Shown here piece after piece: positions 1-21,459 of a stretch of DNA of 64,000 nt (positions within the stretch are counted from its first letter, which is position 1; each line of letters begins with the position of its first letter). Source of the DNA: Macrostomum lignano (taxonomy: Eukaryota); assembly GCA_002269645.1 (NCBI GenBank), contig NIVC01001309.1, positions 62,001 through 126,000 on the forward strand, written 5' to 3'. A program made the position numbers and the translations under genes. The notes beneath the pieces are model-generated. The model did no database searches, had not been told where the DNA came from, and saw only the letters and a list, made by a program, of their open reading frames with translations.

Positions 1-1449
1 TACAGAATGACTTCCATCCCTCATTACAGAATGACTTCCATCCCTCATTACACAATGACTTCCATCCCTCATTACAGAATGACTTCCATCCCTCATTACA
101 CAATGACTTCCATCCCTCATTACAGAATGACTTCCATCCCTCATTGCAGAATGACTTCCATCCCTCATTACACAATGACTTCCATCCCTCATTGCAGAAT
201 GACTTCCATCCCTCATTACAGAATGACTTCCATCCCTGATTACACAATGACTTCCATCCCTCATTACACAATGACTTCCATCCCTCATTACACAATGACT
301 TCCATCCCTCATTACAGAATGACTTCCATCCCTCATTACAGAATGACTTCCATCCCTCATTACACAATGACTTCCATCCCTCATTACACAATGACTTCCA
401 TCCCTCATTACAGAATGACTTCCATCCCTCATTACACAATGACTTCCATCCCTCATTACAGAATGACTTCCATCCCTCATTACAGAATGACTTCCATCCC
501 TCATTACACAATGACTTCCATCCCTCATTACACAATGACTTCCATCCCTCATTACAGAATGACTTCCATCCCTCATTACACAATGACTTCCATCCCTCAT
601 TACACAATGACTTCCATCCCTCATTACACAATGACTTCCATCCCTCATTACACAATGACTTCCATCCCTCATTACAGAATGACTTCCATCCCTCATTACA
701 CAATGACTTCCATCCCTCATTACACAATGACTTCCATCCCTCATTACACAATGACTTCCATCCCTCATTACACAATGACTTCCATCCCTCATTACAGAAT
801 GACTTCCATCCCTCATTACACAATGACTTCCATCCATCATTACACAATGACTTCCATCCCTCATTACAGAATGACTTCCATCCCTCATTACACAATGACT
901 TCCATCCCTCATTACACAATGACTTCCATCCCTCATTACACAATGACTTCCATCCCTCATTACACAATGACTTCCATCCCTCATTACACAATGACTTCCA
1001 TCCCTCATTACACAATGACTTCCATCCCTCATTACACAATGACTTCCATCCCTCATTACAGAATGACTTCCATCCCTCATTACACAATGACTTCCATCCC
1101 TCATTACACAATGACTTCCATCCCTCATTACACAATGACTTCCATCCCTCATTACACAATGACTTCCATCCCTCATTACACAATGACTTCCATCCCTCAT
1201 TACACAATGACTTCCATCCCTCATTACACAATGACTTCCATCCCTCATTACACAATGACTTCCATCCCTCATTACACAATGACTTCCATCCCTCATTACA
1301 GAATGACTTCCATCCCTCATTACAGAATGACTTCCATCCCTCATTACAGAATGACTTCCATCCCTCATTACAGAATGACTTCCATCCCTCATTACAGAAT
1401 GACTTCCATCCCTCATTACACAATGACTTCCATCCCTCATTGCAGAATG
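1..1449. repeat. 24-bp minisatellite (AATGACTTCCATCCCTCATTACA[C/G]), about 60 copies, truncated by the window start
   Basis: Directly visible tandem unit. The 497-aa MTSIPHY[R/T] ORF is its stop-free translation. Confidence 0.95.
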
Positions 1450-2289
1450 CAATCAGTGTTAAAGAATTCAGTCTTTTTCACCGAAATTTGCAACGATTAA
1501 CACCAATGCTGTGCTTCTGTTTATCAGCTCTGAACTTTGTATTTATAAATAGAGAAGTTTTATGTTGCACAAAACCTGACAAAACAGATCGATACAGGGA
1601 CTGAGGAGACTCAGCCTCGGCTTGAGTAGCCGTGACAGCTAAAATTAGTGGGTATTTAGAAAAAATATTAAGGTACCAAGCCTTGAGAAAAATAAAAGAA
1701 ACACTAACACTACTTATATAGTAGAGCGGAGGCCGTTAAATTTTAGAATTGAACTGGGGGGAGGTGCTGGAACGGCAGCCTTTGGATGCCAGTAATAATT
1801 ATCTATCACGCGCCAGAATTTGATTATGTAACGATTTTCAATGAAAACACACCTGGAACCTATTCTCCAAGTCATGCTACTGTCTAATTTGCACAAGTAG
1901 CATAATTGGGATATCCAGTGTAAAAATGTGATAAAGTAAGAAATTACGATTGAATTTATTGCCGCAGGCGCAGTGACGCAGAGCAAGTGATAAATAAGTT
2001 TGCAGCGGTTAGAGTTGGGGGCCCACGGTTAGCAGGTATATACTGCTCTAAATTAATGTACATATGCTTGTAACATCAGGTGAAAAATGGCCACAACTAT
2101 GGTAAATTCACATATAATAGAATAACTACGCTCGTAGATGTCACTCGCATTTGAAGTTTTGAAAAGTAGGACGTCTTCGCGGTGACGCCACGGCCCATAT
2201 TTCAAATTTAATTTGGCAGCTAAAATTTCTTCTCCTTTCTTTCTCTTGGGTGTGGTGCATATGGGGTTACGAATGAACAAGAAGCATTT

Positions 2290-2535
2290 AACTTAGACAG
2301 ACGAAACTCAGCCTAGGGGGCAGACTCAATTTGGCTCAGCCAATGAGAGAGCAGTAAGGAGAGAGGTCAAAGTCAGGCGGACGAAACTCTGCCTAGGGGA
2401 CAGGCCCAATCTAGCTCAGCCAATGAGAGGGCAGAAAGGAGAGAGGTTAATGTCAGACGGAAAGTCAGCCTAGGGTGGGCGAACTCTAGCTCAGCAAATG
2501 AGAGAGCAGTAAAGAGAGAGGTCAGAGTGAGGCGA
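2290..2535. repeat. Three degenerate ~80-bp direct repeats, each with a CCAAT-like core (CAGCCAATGAGAG x2, CAGCAAATGAGAG)
   Basis: The block ...GCCTAGGG...GCTCAGC(C/A)AATGAGAG(A/G)GCAG...GAGAGAGGT recurs three times. Confidence 0.7.
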
Positions 2536-3432
2536 TAAGAAAAAAGCTAAACTATATTTATCGGCCTTGCTGGGGCGCCACCCCTCTTCTCTCTTGCTCG
2601 CTATGCACACGCACAGGATTTGGGTTGTTTGGACTGAAGTTTTATTGCAATCTTCAGTCTTGAATGAAGAAAGCCAGAAGCGATTGTTGCAGTTTTAAGT
2701 CTTAACAAAAGACGCTAATTTTTTCTACTGAAAACAGTAGATGAGTGCATTTTTTGCGAATGACTTACGCAAGTATTCTATAATCTGTGATGATGCAACT
2801 TATTTTTACCATAGTTAAAACAAATAAATTTAAATTTAATAATATAGAGATAAAACATTTCACGCTAAAAAACGCATGGGTTCGCAGGCTAATTAAAAGA
2901 AGTAATTGAAAAGAATATGTCTGATTGAAGTAGTTCAAAACAACAAGACTGCTACCACTAAAACAGGCAAAAAAGAAAACACAAAAATATGTTTTAGCGA
3001 ATTTTGTGAAGAAGCAGAGCATTAGAATTCAAAAAAAGATATGAGCATATGAGCTCTCGTGAAATACAATTTAACAGTAATAATAGTATGCATATAAATA
3101 ATATAATTTCGAAGAAAAATGATAATTGATAAAAATATAGGGACAATAATTGCGACACATACACTCGTACTACTGCGATATTACCTAAAATAACTAATAT
3201 AAGTTTGTTCTGGGCTAGTGTGCAACCTAGCTGTGCAACACCTAAGCGCATTTATCATTATTAATTGCGCAACAATTAAGCATATAATTATCTTCTGAAT
3301 AAAAATTATAACTTTATTAATTACAGAAACATAGTGAAAATTTATAAAGCCTGACCCACAGAAAATCACAATATTTCTATATTTAATCTTTTCAAACACA
3401 CTTCAGGCAAATATGTCAGGAACAGTTAAAAC

Positions 3433-11722
<8,290 letters not shown>

Positions 11723-12959
11723 TTTGGAATTGAAAACTTATAATTGATTAGGAAAAACAAATAGAAAGAGTAAAGTGGTTCTTCCTAAAGAATAGAATAA
11801 CGCTGAAAGATTATTCAGGAAATCTCGTCTATAGTTTGCGGTGAGAATTTTCCAAGATAAAAATAACTATTTAAAAAGAAAGTATTGTGGTAACAACAAC
11901 ACTGCCTACTAAAACAAACAATAATAAATCTCACTCAAAATATTTAAGATGTATAGCCTAATTTATGATTATTTACTAATGTTAATATTACACTATAACT
12001 AACGTTACTTATAATTGTAAAGCCTGGGCGCCCTCGACGGTCGAGAACAGCTGGGCGAGATCGTCGGCTCAGTCAAGCATCGATTCAAAGTACTGTATAG
12101 CGTGATATATTTACGTTTTCAGTGAATGATTTGTCTAGGAAGCGTTCGATCTGAGATCGACCACAATTGGCTCAACATGACATACATGTGTATCTGATTG
12201 ATTAAAAAATTTACTGAGCTCAAACCCTCTTCGCCACACAAACTAAATGTGCGTATGCTGCATTAAGATCTTAGAAAACTTGACAGACTCGGTCAGAAAT
12301 CACAAGAAATTATCGGAAGACTGGAAAAGAGTGTACAAATTAAAATGCTTTTTCTGAGTCATTTCTAGACGCGCCCAAAAATTGTAGCTTATTAACGAAT
12401 TTTGGCAATGATTCATAGGAACTGTCAAGAAATTGACTGTCAATCACCTTGCATGTACATGCACAAACTTCTAGACACGTACATGTACGTTAAACAACTC
12501 GTAGTGGAAAAGCAATTGATCACTGCAGTCCCAAAGTTAAGTCTACATAGAAAATCATATAGTGCCAGATTTGATAAATAAAAAAGAGAAAACCCGGCCT
12601 AAATGTATAGCCTACTAACGTACGGATCATGCGGTGACTCAGAAACGATTCTATGTAGATTGAAAAAGTGCATCAACATCAAAAAGTTTTATTCGAAAGC
12701 GACAAACCCAAAATTATTACAGGTGTGTGTACTCCAGTGTGATCCATAAATTGTCAAGCCCCATATACATGCATGTAATTAAAACGAATTCAGTTCTGCC
12801 TTATCCGGGCTTTTGTTTGCAAGTTCTAGAACCGACAACTTTAGAGTTGAAATTTGGTTATTCGTGCAACTATGCTAAGCAATGGTGTGCGACAAGCTAA
12901 TTAGGGGCTATCCTGTTGCCTGTCTTGTTAAAATTAACAATTCTTTGAAAGAAATTAGA

Positions 12960-13620
12960 AAGGCCGTTTCTGGAGGCATGAGATATATGCGCTGGGAGGC
13001 GGATTTATAATATTCGATTTGCTGATTACATTGACATCCTGCAGGTTATAAAGAAGACTTTGAGAAAACTGACAGAAGATACGGAGTGGAAATCAGCACG
13101 GAGAAGAGCAAAGTGATGATATGATTAGAATTATTAAAGAGGCCGGAGAGGAACACGAAGAATCAGTTGGTGAATGTCACAGTTATTCGTGTACACTGGG
13201 AGCAGGTGAGAAGCAACTTACCTACCTTGGATTAAGAATAGAAGACAATATGGAAAGTCAGGACATGGAGATTCGGATACGGATTGTGAAAAGCTACATG
13301 AGCATGTATACAAATACAAAACTTGGAGAGTAAAAAGCATCCACATGAAAATAAAATGCTGATGAGATCGGTAGTTATGGCGACTTCTTTATGCCTGTGA
13401 GATCTGGACATTGGAGAAGACTGAGAGCTTTCGAGATCAAGACCCACAATAAGGACGCTGGGCATTTTCTGGAATTAGAAGAAGACTATAGTGACTAAAT
13501 TAAAAAAGGAAGTGACCATAAGAATCCTTTCTTGTGGTGAAAGGCCGCTTTGCGAATCTGATAAAGAGAAGGATATATTAGAAGTTTCTTTGGGCGTGTT
13601 GAGAGAAGTGATGAAGAGCT
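12960..13620 (+). pseudogene. Decayed non-LTR retrotransposon reverse-transcriptase fragment (RTE-like)
   Basis: Broken-frame peptides NIRFADYIDIL (FADD motif region), RYGVEISTEKSKVMI and KQLTYLG..., with stops and frameshifts. Confidence 0.65.
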
Positions 13621-13924
13621 GAAGGCTGTGGTTGAAGTAGGTGTTGATATATCAGGGACGAAGGGGCTGATCGAGGCATGCAGGCCATAAGGTGAATGGA
13701 CAGGATCTGGAGGATTGGAGATAACATGGTTCATCTGGGTTGCTGGCTGGACGGCCTTCTATCGAAGGAGGTGTAGAGTCGCTGTCGACAATTGGGTACA
13801 ACAACGGCTATGTTGGCTACGGACCTGATCAGGGGCGTCGCTATGGATTTTATCGTGGGGGAACAAAGCCAAAAATTCAATATGTACATGTACATGAATA
13901 AATTCTTATATACACAATCGGTGT

Positions 13925-14090
13925 TTTCAGCGCTCATTTTGGCGCCCGGCCAAGCGCTCGTTTTGGCGCCACAGGCAACTGCTCATTTTTGGCGCCGCAG
14001 GCACTCATTTTGATGCCGTAGGCGCTAATTTTGGCGCCACAGGCACTGCTCATTTTGGCGCCTAAGGCGCTATATTTTGGCACCCTGAAT
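13925..14090. repeat. Degenerate ~20-bp repeats (CTCATTTTGGCGCCGCAGGCA), reverse complement of the OMA1 intron-1 array unit
   Basis: The reverse complement TGCCTGCGGCGCCAAAATGAG matches the unit at 45176-46765. Confidence 0.8.
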
Positions 14091-14749
14091 AAAAATTTTT
14101 GATTTCCACAACGGGTCACAAGGTAAGGTGGGGGGGGGGACAAGCATTGGCATGTCAATGCTGTGCCAGCCCCATGGCACAGACAGTGTACATGTTAGAA
14201 AGTCAAAGGGCCGCTGTACACCAATGTTGCCGAAGTCACTACGCCAGGATGTCCCCTACAGCTATAAGCGATGAAGTGTTATATAAAATACAGTAGTTGA
14301 TTTTCACTTTTGTCTCAAGTTGAATTCCAACAAGAATTGGAAAGTCGGCACAGTTTCGCTGCCAGATACCACTATTGGGCTGGCACTGCAAGTATGATAA
14401 TTATTTGAATAAAGGGTTCTATTTTGTGCTACACAAACGATCTCATTCAAACAAACTAAAGTTCTTTATAACAATGAATTCTATCATTTCTAAAGAAAAA
14501 TCTAGTTACAGTGTGCATGAATTCACAAAAACACATTCCGATTGGTTTACTTAAGAGTAGAACATGCTTGATTCACGATCGCTCTAATGAACGCCTGCTA
14601 GCTGAAATAAAGGCACAATATTTCTGAAAAAATGATTCATGAGTGGAACAATGAATGATTCACGTTCTTACTGTACTACTGTTAGTAGAGCTGCAGGTCT
14701 CAGTTCAATAATGAGCCGTCACAGTTAATTAGCAACCAAGCGGTGCACA

Positions 14750-17700
14750 TCAGGCCAGGGTGGGGCAGAACAGTCGGCGCTCAACGTCTAGCAGCTCCTT
14801 CTCCCGTCCAGCGTCCAGCTCCACGACGGCCCAGGCGTCGCGAACGCGCCTCACGGCGTCCCTCAGCAGGTGCCGATGCTTCCACATGGTGAAGGCAACC
14901 ACCAGCGCTTTGCCAACTGGTACAGAGCCGAAGCACAGCAGGACGCACTCACCTTTGTCCTCCGTGTGCTTCATCAGCCACAGGGCGGCTTCGACGTCTT
15001 CGCTAAACGATGCCAGCCGAAGGCAAGCAACGCGTTTTCCGGACAGCTGGAAGTGACAGAACTTCTCCACTGTTTTACTGTCCGTCAGCACCGACTGGTA
15101 CAGAGACAGGGACTCCGCTGACGGGGTGAACTGCTGCTCGTGGATGAGGTAGACGAAGTCCTCGAACACGGTTGGCATCTGGCTGTTGCCGCCCAGGTAC
15201 GTTGCCAAGTTGACGTCGCAGTCGAGTACGTGAATTGCCAGGCTGCAGGAGTTGCAGCAGAGTTTGAGGTGCTGCATCAGCTGGTCCCGCAGCAGCAGCA
15301 GCGCCTCCTGCGGGCAGCCAATGAGGTTTGACACCAGCACCAGGTACCGATAGGCTTTGCTGAGCCGCTCCAGCTGCAGGCTGTCCGCTTCCAGCAGATC
15401 GCGCACCGAGAAGGACACCAGATGAGTCAAGTCCAGCCTGGAGGTCTCGCTCTCGTCCCGACAGTCAACGATGCCGACAAGATGTCTCCGTTCGGCCATC
15501 AGATTGTGCAGCTGCTCGATGCTCAGCAGGACGTTCGCCGCCGCCGTTGCGCAGATGGTCTTCGTTGTCGATGTGGTGGTTTCCGATTTGGCTGACTCAG
15601 CATCTGGGAGGCCGTGGCAGTAAGGCGACGGCTCGAGCAGCTGGCCGAACACTCTGGGATTGTCGGGCAGCGGACAGTGGTGCTGACGGTAGGCCCTCGT
15701 GCGGTCCATGAAGGACAGCCGCGGCGCGCCTCTGCTGAGCACGGCCGCCAGCTGGGACGCCAGTCCAGTTGCTGGGGACGCCGTTGCGGATGAGACCGAG
15801 TGTCCGGCCTCCGGATCTCCAGCCGGCGGAGTTCTGGCGGCGCTGACCTTTGCTGAGACGGCTTTGCGCGGCGCTGGAGGCGGCAGCGGCGTAGCGGCTG
15901 CTCCGGTTGGCGCCGCGGCCGAGGCGCAGCGAATCTGAACTGGCGCGGCGGCCAGGACCGCCGTCTGGGTGAGCTGAGTCATCTGGGTCAGCTGGGTCGG
16001 CTGCTGTGACGGCTGGTGAGCAGTCGTCAGGCTGGTCTGCTGCGGCTCCAGGATGTTTCGAGTGCACAAGTCGCGGACTGAGAGGACCTGCTGTTCGGGG
16101 GGGGGGCATGGACTATCGAGATTGGGTCTCTGTGTCTCAACAGGTGGAATTCTCTGTCTAACAGAGTTTACTTTGTTTTTAACAGTTTCCAACTTTTCTA
16201 GTCTAGGAAGTGAAATTGTGTGTCTAACCAGAAAAACTTTCTGTCTACAAGGTGAAAACGTGTATCTAACAGGTGAAAGAGTGTCTAACAGGTGAAAGCA
16301 TGTCTAACAAGTGAAACCGTGTATCTAACAGGTGAAAGAGTGTCTAACAGGTGAAAGCATGTGTCTAACAGGTGAAAGCATGTGTCTAACAGGTGAAAGC
16401 ATGTGTCTAACAGGTGAAAGCATGTGTCTAACAGGTGAAAGCATGTGTCTAACAGGTGAAAGCATGTGTCTAACAGGTGAAAGCATGTGTCTAACAGGTG
16501 AAAGCATGTGTCTAACAGGTGAAAGCATGTGTCTAACAGGTGAAAGCATGTGTCTAACAGGTGAAAGCATGTGTCTAACAGGTGAAAGCATGTGTCTAAC
16601 AGGTGAAAGCATGTGTCTAACAGGTGAAAGCATGTGTCTAACAGGTGAAAGCATGTGTCTAACAGGTGAAAGCATGTGTCTAACAGGTGAAAGCATGTGT
16701 CTAACAGGTGAAAGCATATGTCTAACAGTTGAAACCATGTGTCTAACAGGTGAAAGCATGTGTCTAACAGGTGAAGCCGTGCGTCTAACAGGTAGATCAG
16801 TCTTTGTATCGGATAGAACTGTTTATCTAACAGGTCTAACAAGCAGGACTGAGTATTTAACTTGCATGTCGAACAGCTGGAACAGTAGTGTCTATCTTAT
16901 AGACTAAAAACTCTATATAGTTAGCTATGTTTTCAAATTGTTCAGTAAACACTTTATCAGAAACAAATGATATGCTTCTGTGTTGAGTTGCAAAACAGAG
17001 CCTGTGTTTTTTCCTCCTCATCTAACTCTCGCATCCAGCTCTCTCGGAGCACTTGATTTATTTGTCCAGCTGTCAGGCGGGACACGTGTAAACACGTTTC
17101 CTCCCGGTAGCATATTTTTTAACTCTATACTATAATGTTTTTTCAACATCTTATTTCAACCTGGTTCTATCCCATCTCCTTCTACCCAGTCTCCTTCTAC
17201 CCCATCTCCTTCTACCCCGTCTCCTTCTACCCAGTCTCCTTCTACCCAGTCTCCTTCTACCACATCTCCTTCTACCCCGTCTCCTTCTACCCAGTCTTCT
17301 TCTACCAGATCTCCTTCTACCCCGTCTCCTTCTACCCCGTCTCCTTCTACCCAGTCTCCTTCTACCCCGTCTCCTTCTACCCAGTCTCCTTCTATCCCAT
17401 CTCCTTCTACCCCGTCTCCTTCTACCCAGTCTCCTTCTATCCCATCTCCTTCTACCCCATCTCCTTCTACCCCGTCTCCTTCTACCCAGTCTCCTTCTAC
17501 CCCGTCTCCTTCTACCCAGTCTCCTTCTATCCCATCTCCTTCTACCCCGTCTCCTTCTACCCAGTCTCCTTCTATCCCATCTCCTTCTACCCCATCTCCT
17601 TCTACCCCGTCTCCTTCTACCCCATCTACTTCTACCCTTTCTCCTTCTACCCCATCTCCTTCTACCCCATCTCCTTCTACCACATCTCCTTCTACCCCAT

Positions 17701-18099
17701 CTCGTTCTACCCCATCTCCTTCTACCCCATCTCCTTCTACCCCATCTCCTTCTATCCCATCTCCTTCTACCCCATCTCCTTCTACCCCATCTCCTTCTAC
17801 CCCATCTCCTTCTACCCCATCTCCTTCTACCCCATCTCCTTCTACCCCACTTGAATGTGTAGTTTAGAGCGCACAGGAAGACTATAAGCAAAGCTCACCA
17901 CTACTTGATGCCCAGCGGCTTTGCTGGATTCGGCTGCAGCTGCCGCAGCTTCATCTTTGACGTCAGTTAACTGCCAGTCAATTGTCACGCCTCTGGCAGT
18001 GGCTGGATCTTGCTGTTGCTGCTGCTGCTGTTTCTCAGAGCAATTTCCCGGAGCAGTTTTCAACACCTCCGCAAATTCGAAGGCTTCATTGTCGCACAT
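14750..18099 (-). CDS. Rhodanese-like + degenerate dual-specificity phosphatase protein (MK-STYX/MKP-like pseudophosphatase), about 513 aa; exons 18099-17899 and 16090(or 16087)-14750
   Basis: Exon 1 (MCDNEAF...GHQVV) ends at a phase-0 GTGAG donor. Exon 2 follows a C-tract and a CAGCAG acceptor, in frame with the 480-aa ORF. LSIEQLHNLM...IVDCR resembles a rhodanese/Cdc25-homology domain. PTVFEDFVYL...GECVLLCFGSVPVGKALVVAFTMWKHRHLLRDAVRRVR...ELLDVERRL aligns by eye with a DSP C-terminal half. Confidence 0.65.
16255..16790. repeat. 21-bp minisatellite (AACAGGTGAAAGCATGTGTCT) in the intron of the pseudophosphatase gene
   Basis: Visible near-perfect array. Confidence 0.95.
17165..17849. repeat. 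15-bp pyrimidine-rich minisatellite (CCC[A/G]TCTCCTTCTAC) in the same intron
   Basis: Visible array; source of the SFYPV / GRRRW / EGDGV ORFs. Confidence 0.95.
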
Positions 18100-19039
18100 A
18101 TTTCCTGGCAATCTTATTATCGATTATCGATTATCGATTTTTAACGATTTAAATCTTTTAGAAAGAAAGTATAGCTCCACTTTCCTTGGGTATTTATGAG
18201 AGATTCTAGCGCCCACTGCCAATATAACCAACCTACTTCAAAATCCGTACACCTGTAAATCCGCTAGCACTGCCTCCACAGATCCTCCTCTCCCCTCCCC
18301 AGAAAAAAGCGCATTGAGGAGGGACGTGGGGAAGTGGGTGTGACAGGCATCAAGCTTGGAGATCGGAATGGAACTCTCTCTGTCCCCCAATGGAGCGGAG
18401 GGCCGCGCAATGTACACTTAGGCAGCCGGGGGAGAGGGGTGCTCAAGACAGGCAGACAGGTGTAGGCCGGCGCGTACAGTCCAAACAGGCCAAGGGACGA
18501 TTGAACGCCCATTTTTATTTACGCCTTCTTCATAGATTGCCCGGCGCAATCTCCATCTTCATGATTTTCTGCTTATTGTAGAGCGCAGCGACTCCTTATT
18601 AGCTTTCAAGGCATTGATGCTGTGGGCACTGGGCAGCGGCCGGATAGGTGGATGGTTGGGGGAATCAATGCTTCTCAAATCATTACCAACCCCGTGCCCA
18701 GCAACTGAGAGGGAGAAGAGCTTCAGACTCAAAGGGTGAGCATAGCAGCAATAGGGAAGCGGAGCTACTCAAGAGGATCTGGCAAGAGGATCTGAAGCTC
18801 TCGCAGAACTTTGCCTCTTGTTAAAGTCTAAAAGTTCTTACTGTGAGCTCTTAGGGTGCTCCATCGCCATCAGAGGAGAGCGCTGCAGGCTGCAGCCCAG
18901 CCAAGTTTTGTCAAAACTCTTCAAAGTGAGGAGAGGACGGCTCATTGAGAATTTCTGCGGCAAAAAAATAGGAATAGGAAAGAGGTCTAAGCAACTCCAC
19001 ATGGTCATGCCAATGCGTATGTAAGGTCATGCCCACATG

Positions 19040-19250
<211 letters not shown>

Positions 19251-19831
19251 AAAATCCGTTGTCGCTGTTTTCAATTTCTGATTAAATCCTTGGATTCAGA
19301 TCCCATCCCGGACGCAGTCCCTAGGCGCCCATTTCCTGTTTTTTTAATCTAATTTTAGCTTCGCTCCCTGCAGTCAACCGCGGTCAGGAAGAGCCTGCAG
19401 TTTCCTGTTACCAACCGGGAGCAGACAGCGCTACAGACTTACTTGAAGCCCAGCTACATAGGCAAAGATGTATAGCGCCGTGTAGCATGAATCAGCGCTG
19501 ATCGTCCCATTCATCTGATTTTACAAGCTGCACTTTTTGTATCTCCATAGCAGCGGAGTAAACAGAGTCAGACTATAATTTTTACACTACACTGAAATTC
19601 CCGATTCACGCCTACTTATTTACTACTAACAACAGTACCACATGTCCTGCATAGAGTAGAGTAGAAGAACATTACCAGACTAACGGTACGCCTCGAATTA
19701 GTCTGTGGAAAAAAAAGAGTTGCAGAGTGAATTTGAAGCAACGTATATAGAGACTTCCCGATTTGAAGAACGATTCAATCGGTGAAAATTGCATAACCAG
19801 TAAGATTTATATTGCGTAAAGTGTCCACCAA

Positions 19832-20299
19832 ATGCTTCTTAGTTACTATCGCATCGTATTCGTTATACATGTATGGGTTCTGCATCACCAAGTCAAGAAG
19901 TCGTATTGCTTACCAGAAACTGTCGAGTCCGCGCTTCGAGCAGCTTCCAAAGATCGCTCGACCACGCTGTACCTGACCTACACCAGCGTGCTGATGATGT
20001 GCGGCCCGTTGCTGGCATTGCTCATGCTCACCTGCTTCTGCTGGTTCCGTGAGGGCGAACTGTCCGCAACCCGGCAGGCCCGCGGCAACGTCGGCGCCGC
20101 CACCGCTCATTTCGACGTTGATTGGCGAGAGCGACGTCTGATTCGACTGCAGGCGGCCGTCGGTTTGGAGAATTTTCACAATGCCGCTTATTCGGCCAGG
20201 GATCCGCGAGTTTACCTGGTTGGACGGCACAATGCCGACCTGCTGATGCACATTCAGTACAGACGAGAGATGCAAAGTGGCGACGTAGAATTGCAGTAG
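19832..20299 (+). CDS. Hypothetical 155-aa protein with a predicted transmembrane segment (TLYLTYTSVLMMCGPLLALLMLTCFCWF)
   Basis: ATG-initiated, GC-rich, non-repetitive ORF in AT-rich surroundings; no family recognised. Confidence 0.4.
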   Translation: MLLSYYRIVFVIHVWVLHHQVKKSYCLPETVESALRAASKDRSTTLYLTYTSVLMMCGPLLALLMLTCFCWFREGELSATRQARGNVGAATAHFDVDWRERRLIRLQAAVGLENFHNAAYSARDPRVYLVGRHNADLLMHIQYRREMQSGDVELQ

Positions 20300-21459
20300 T
20301 ATTTGTACATGCATGTACGCATGTTTTTGGTAGCATTAATATTTAAATTCAATTAATCAAAGATTAATTAATGTGTAATAATGGTTCAATTAATCAAATC
20401 ATTTTGATTTTCTTCTATCATACTGTATTTTCGATTTTCGAAGCAACCTAGCTAAACAATCGACTACTACATGCAGCTCGTACGTGTATATGACAGTAGC
20501 TAGCTAGTAATGCACCTAATCAAAGCAAAATATAATGGCATGTATATAAGTAGCTCGAAATCGCGAAATCGATGTTTTACGCGTACGAGGGCTGTCCAAA
20601 AAGTAGTGTTACTTTTCACTGTATCTCTCTTTCTGATGATATCCCAATAACCAGGGTCATGACCCCCATGACCCCCACCAGCCGGCTGATCCAGGCCAAA
20701 TTTTCAAGCCCCCCCGTCGCACAGGCCTAGCACCCCCTGCCCCCGGTTGCCGCTGTGAGCCTGTGACTGACCCCCCCCCCCGTTGTGTACCCACGTAACC
20801 AAGAATCTCGCCAAAGGCTTGCGTCCCCATCGCGTGGCAAAATTAGACGATATCTCGCCTGGCGATATCTAAGCGATATCGATCGGCGATAAATCAATAC
20901 GATAAGAAATTGCCTCTTAAGTCCTATTATATGTCTAAAAGGCACTAACGAAGTTCAAACCTATATTGGCCCATCTTGCGCGCATTCTTGTGAAATCGCC
21001 GAAACCTCGAGTTTCGATGCCTTGGCGATAATTGCACCATCGCCGAGCGATGGAACAACGTTTGGAATTCGATCCATATCCATAGGCATATGCCTAATTC
21101 ACATGTTTTTAGCCCACTTGACGCATAAATTTGCAACTTAAGATCCCTTTGTGAATGGTGGGTTGAAAGTGAGTGACACTCTTCAGTTTTAGCATTATTT
21201 TTTAGTCTATCGTACCGTACATTATAAACAAGTTCGTGCATCGCAGCGCGATATTTTAGCGATTGGCCTGGCACTGTTTTCAAGTTAATTTTGAAACTTT
21301 GATTCAAATAAGATGTATATCAAGGTAAATTTGTAGTTTTAATATATGGAAATAAAATATATGTTTTTTAGTTATCTTGTCCTGCTATGTGTATCTGACT
21401 GCAAAATTCATTTATTACTTTGATAAAATACGCAATAAATGTATGCTCTTTTAAAAATG

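Noticed and set aside
7-1500. 497-aa MTSIPHY repeat ORF
   Set aside because: Translation of a 24-bp minisatellite lacking stops in one frame. Near-identical DNA units with no synonymous variation give no sign of coding constraint.
2290-2535. Possible hammerhead array (GACGAAAC motifs in tandem units)
   Set aside because: No CUGANGA core and no pairing stem II; only GAAAC is present.
11995-12300. Possible further LINE fragment (YNCKAWAPS resembling YGCEAW)
   Set aside because: A single weak motif amid stops; cannot be supported by eye.
16285-17891. Repetitive ORFs (CFHLLDT, LTGESMC, GRRRW, EGDGV, SFYPV)
   Set aside because: Frames of 21-bp and 15-bp intronic arrays, not protamine- or collagen-like genes.
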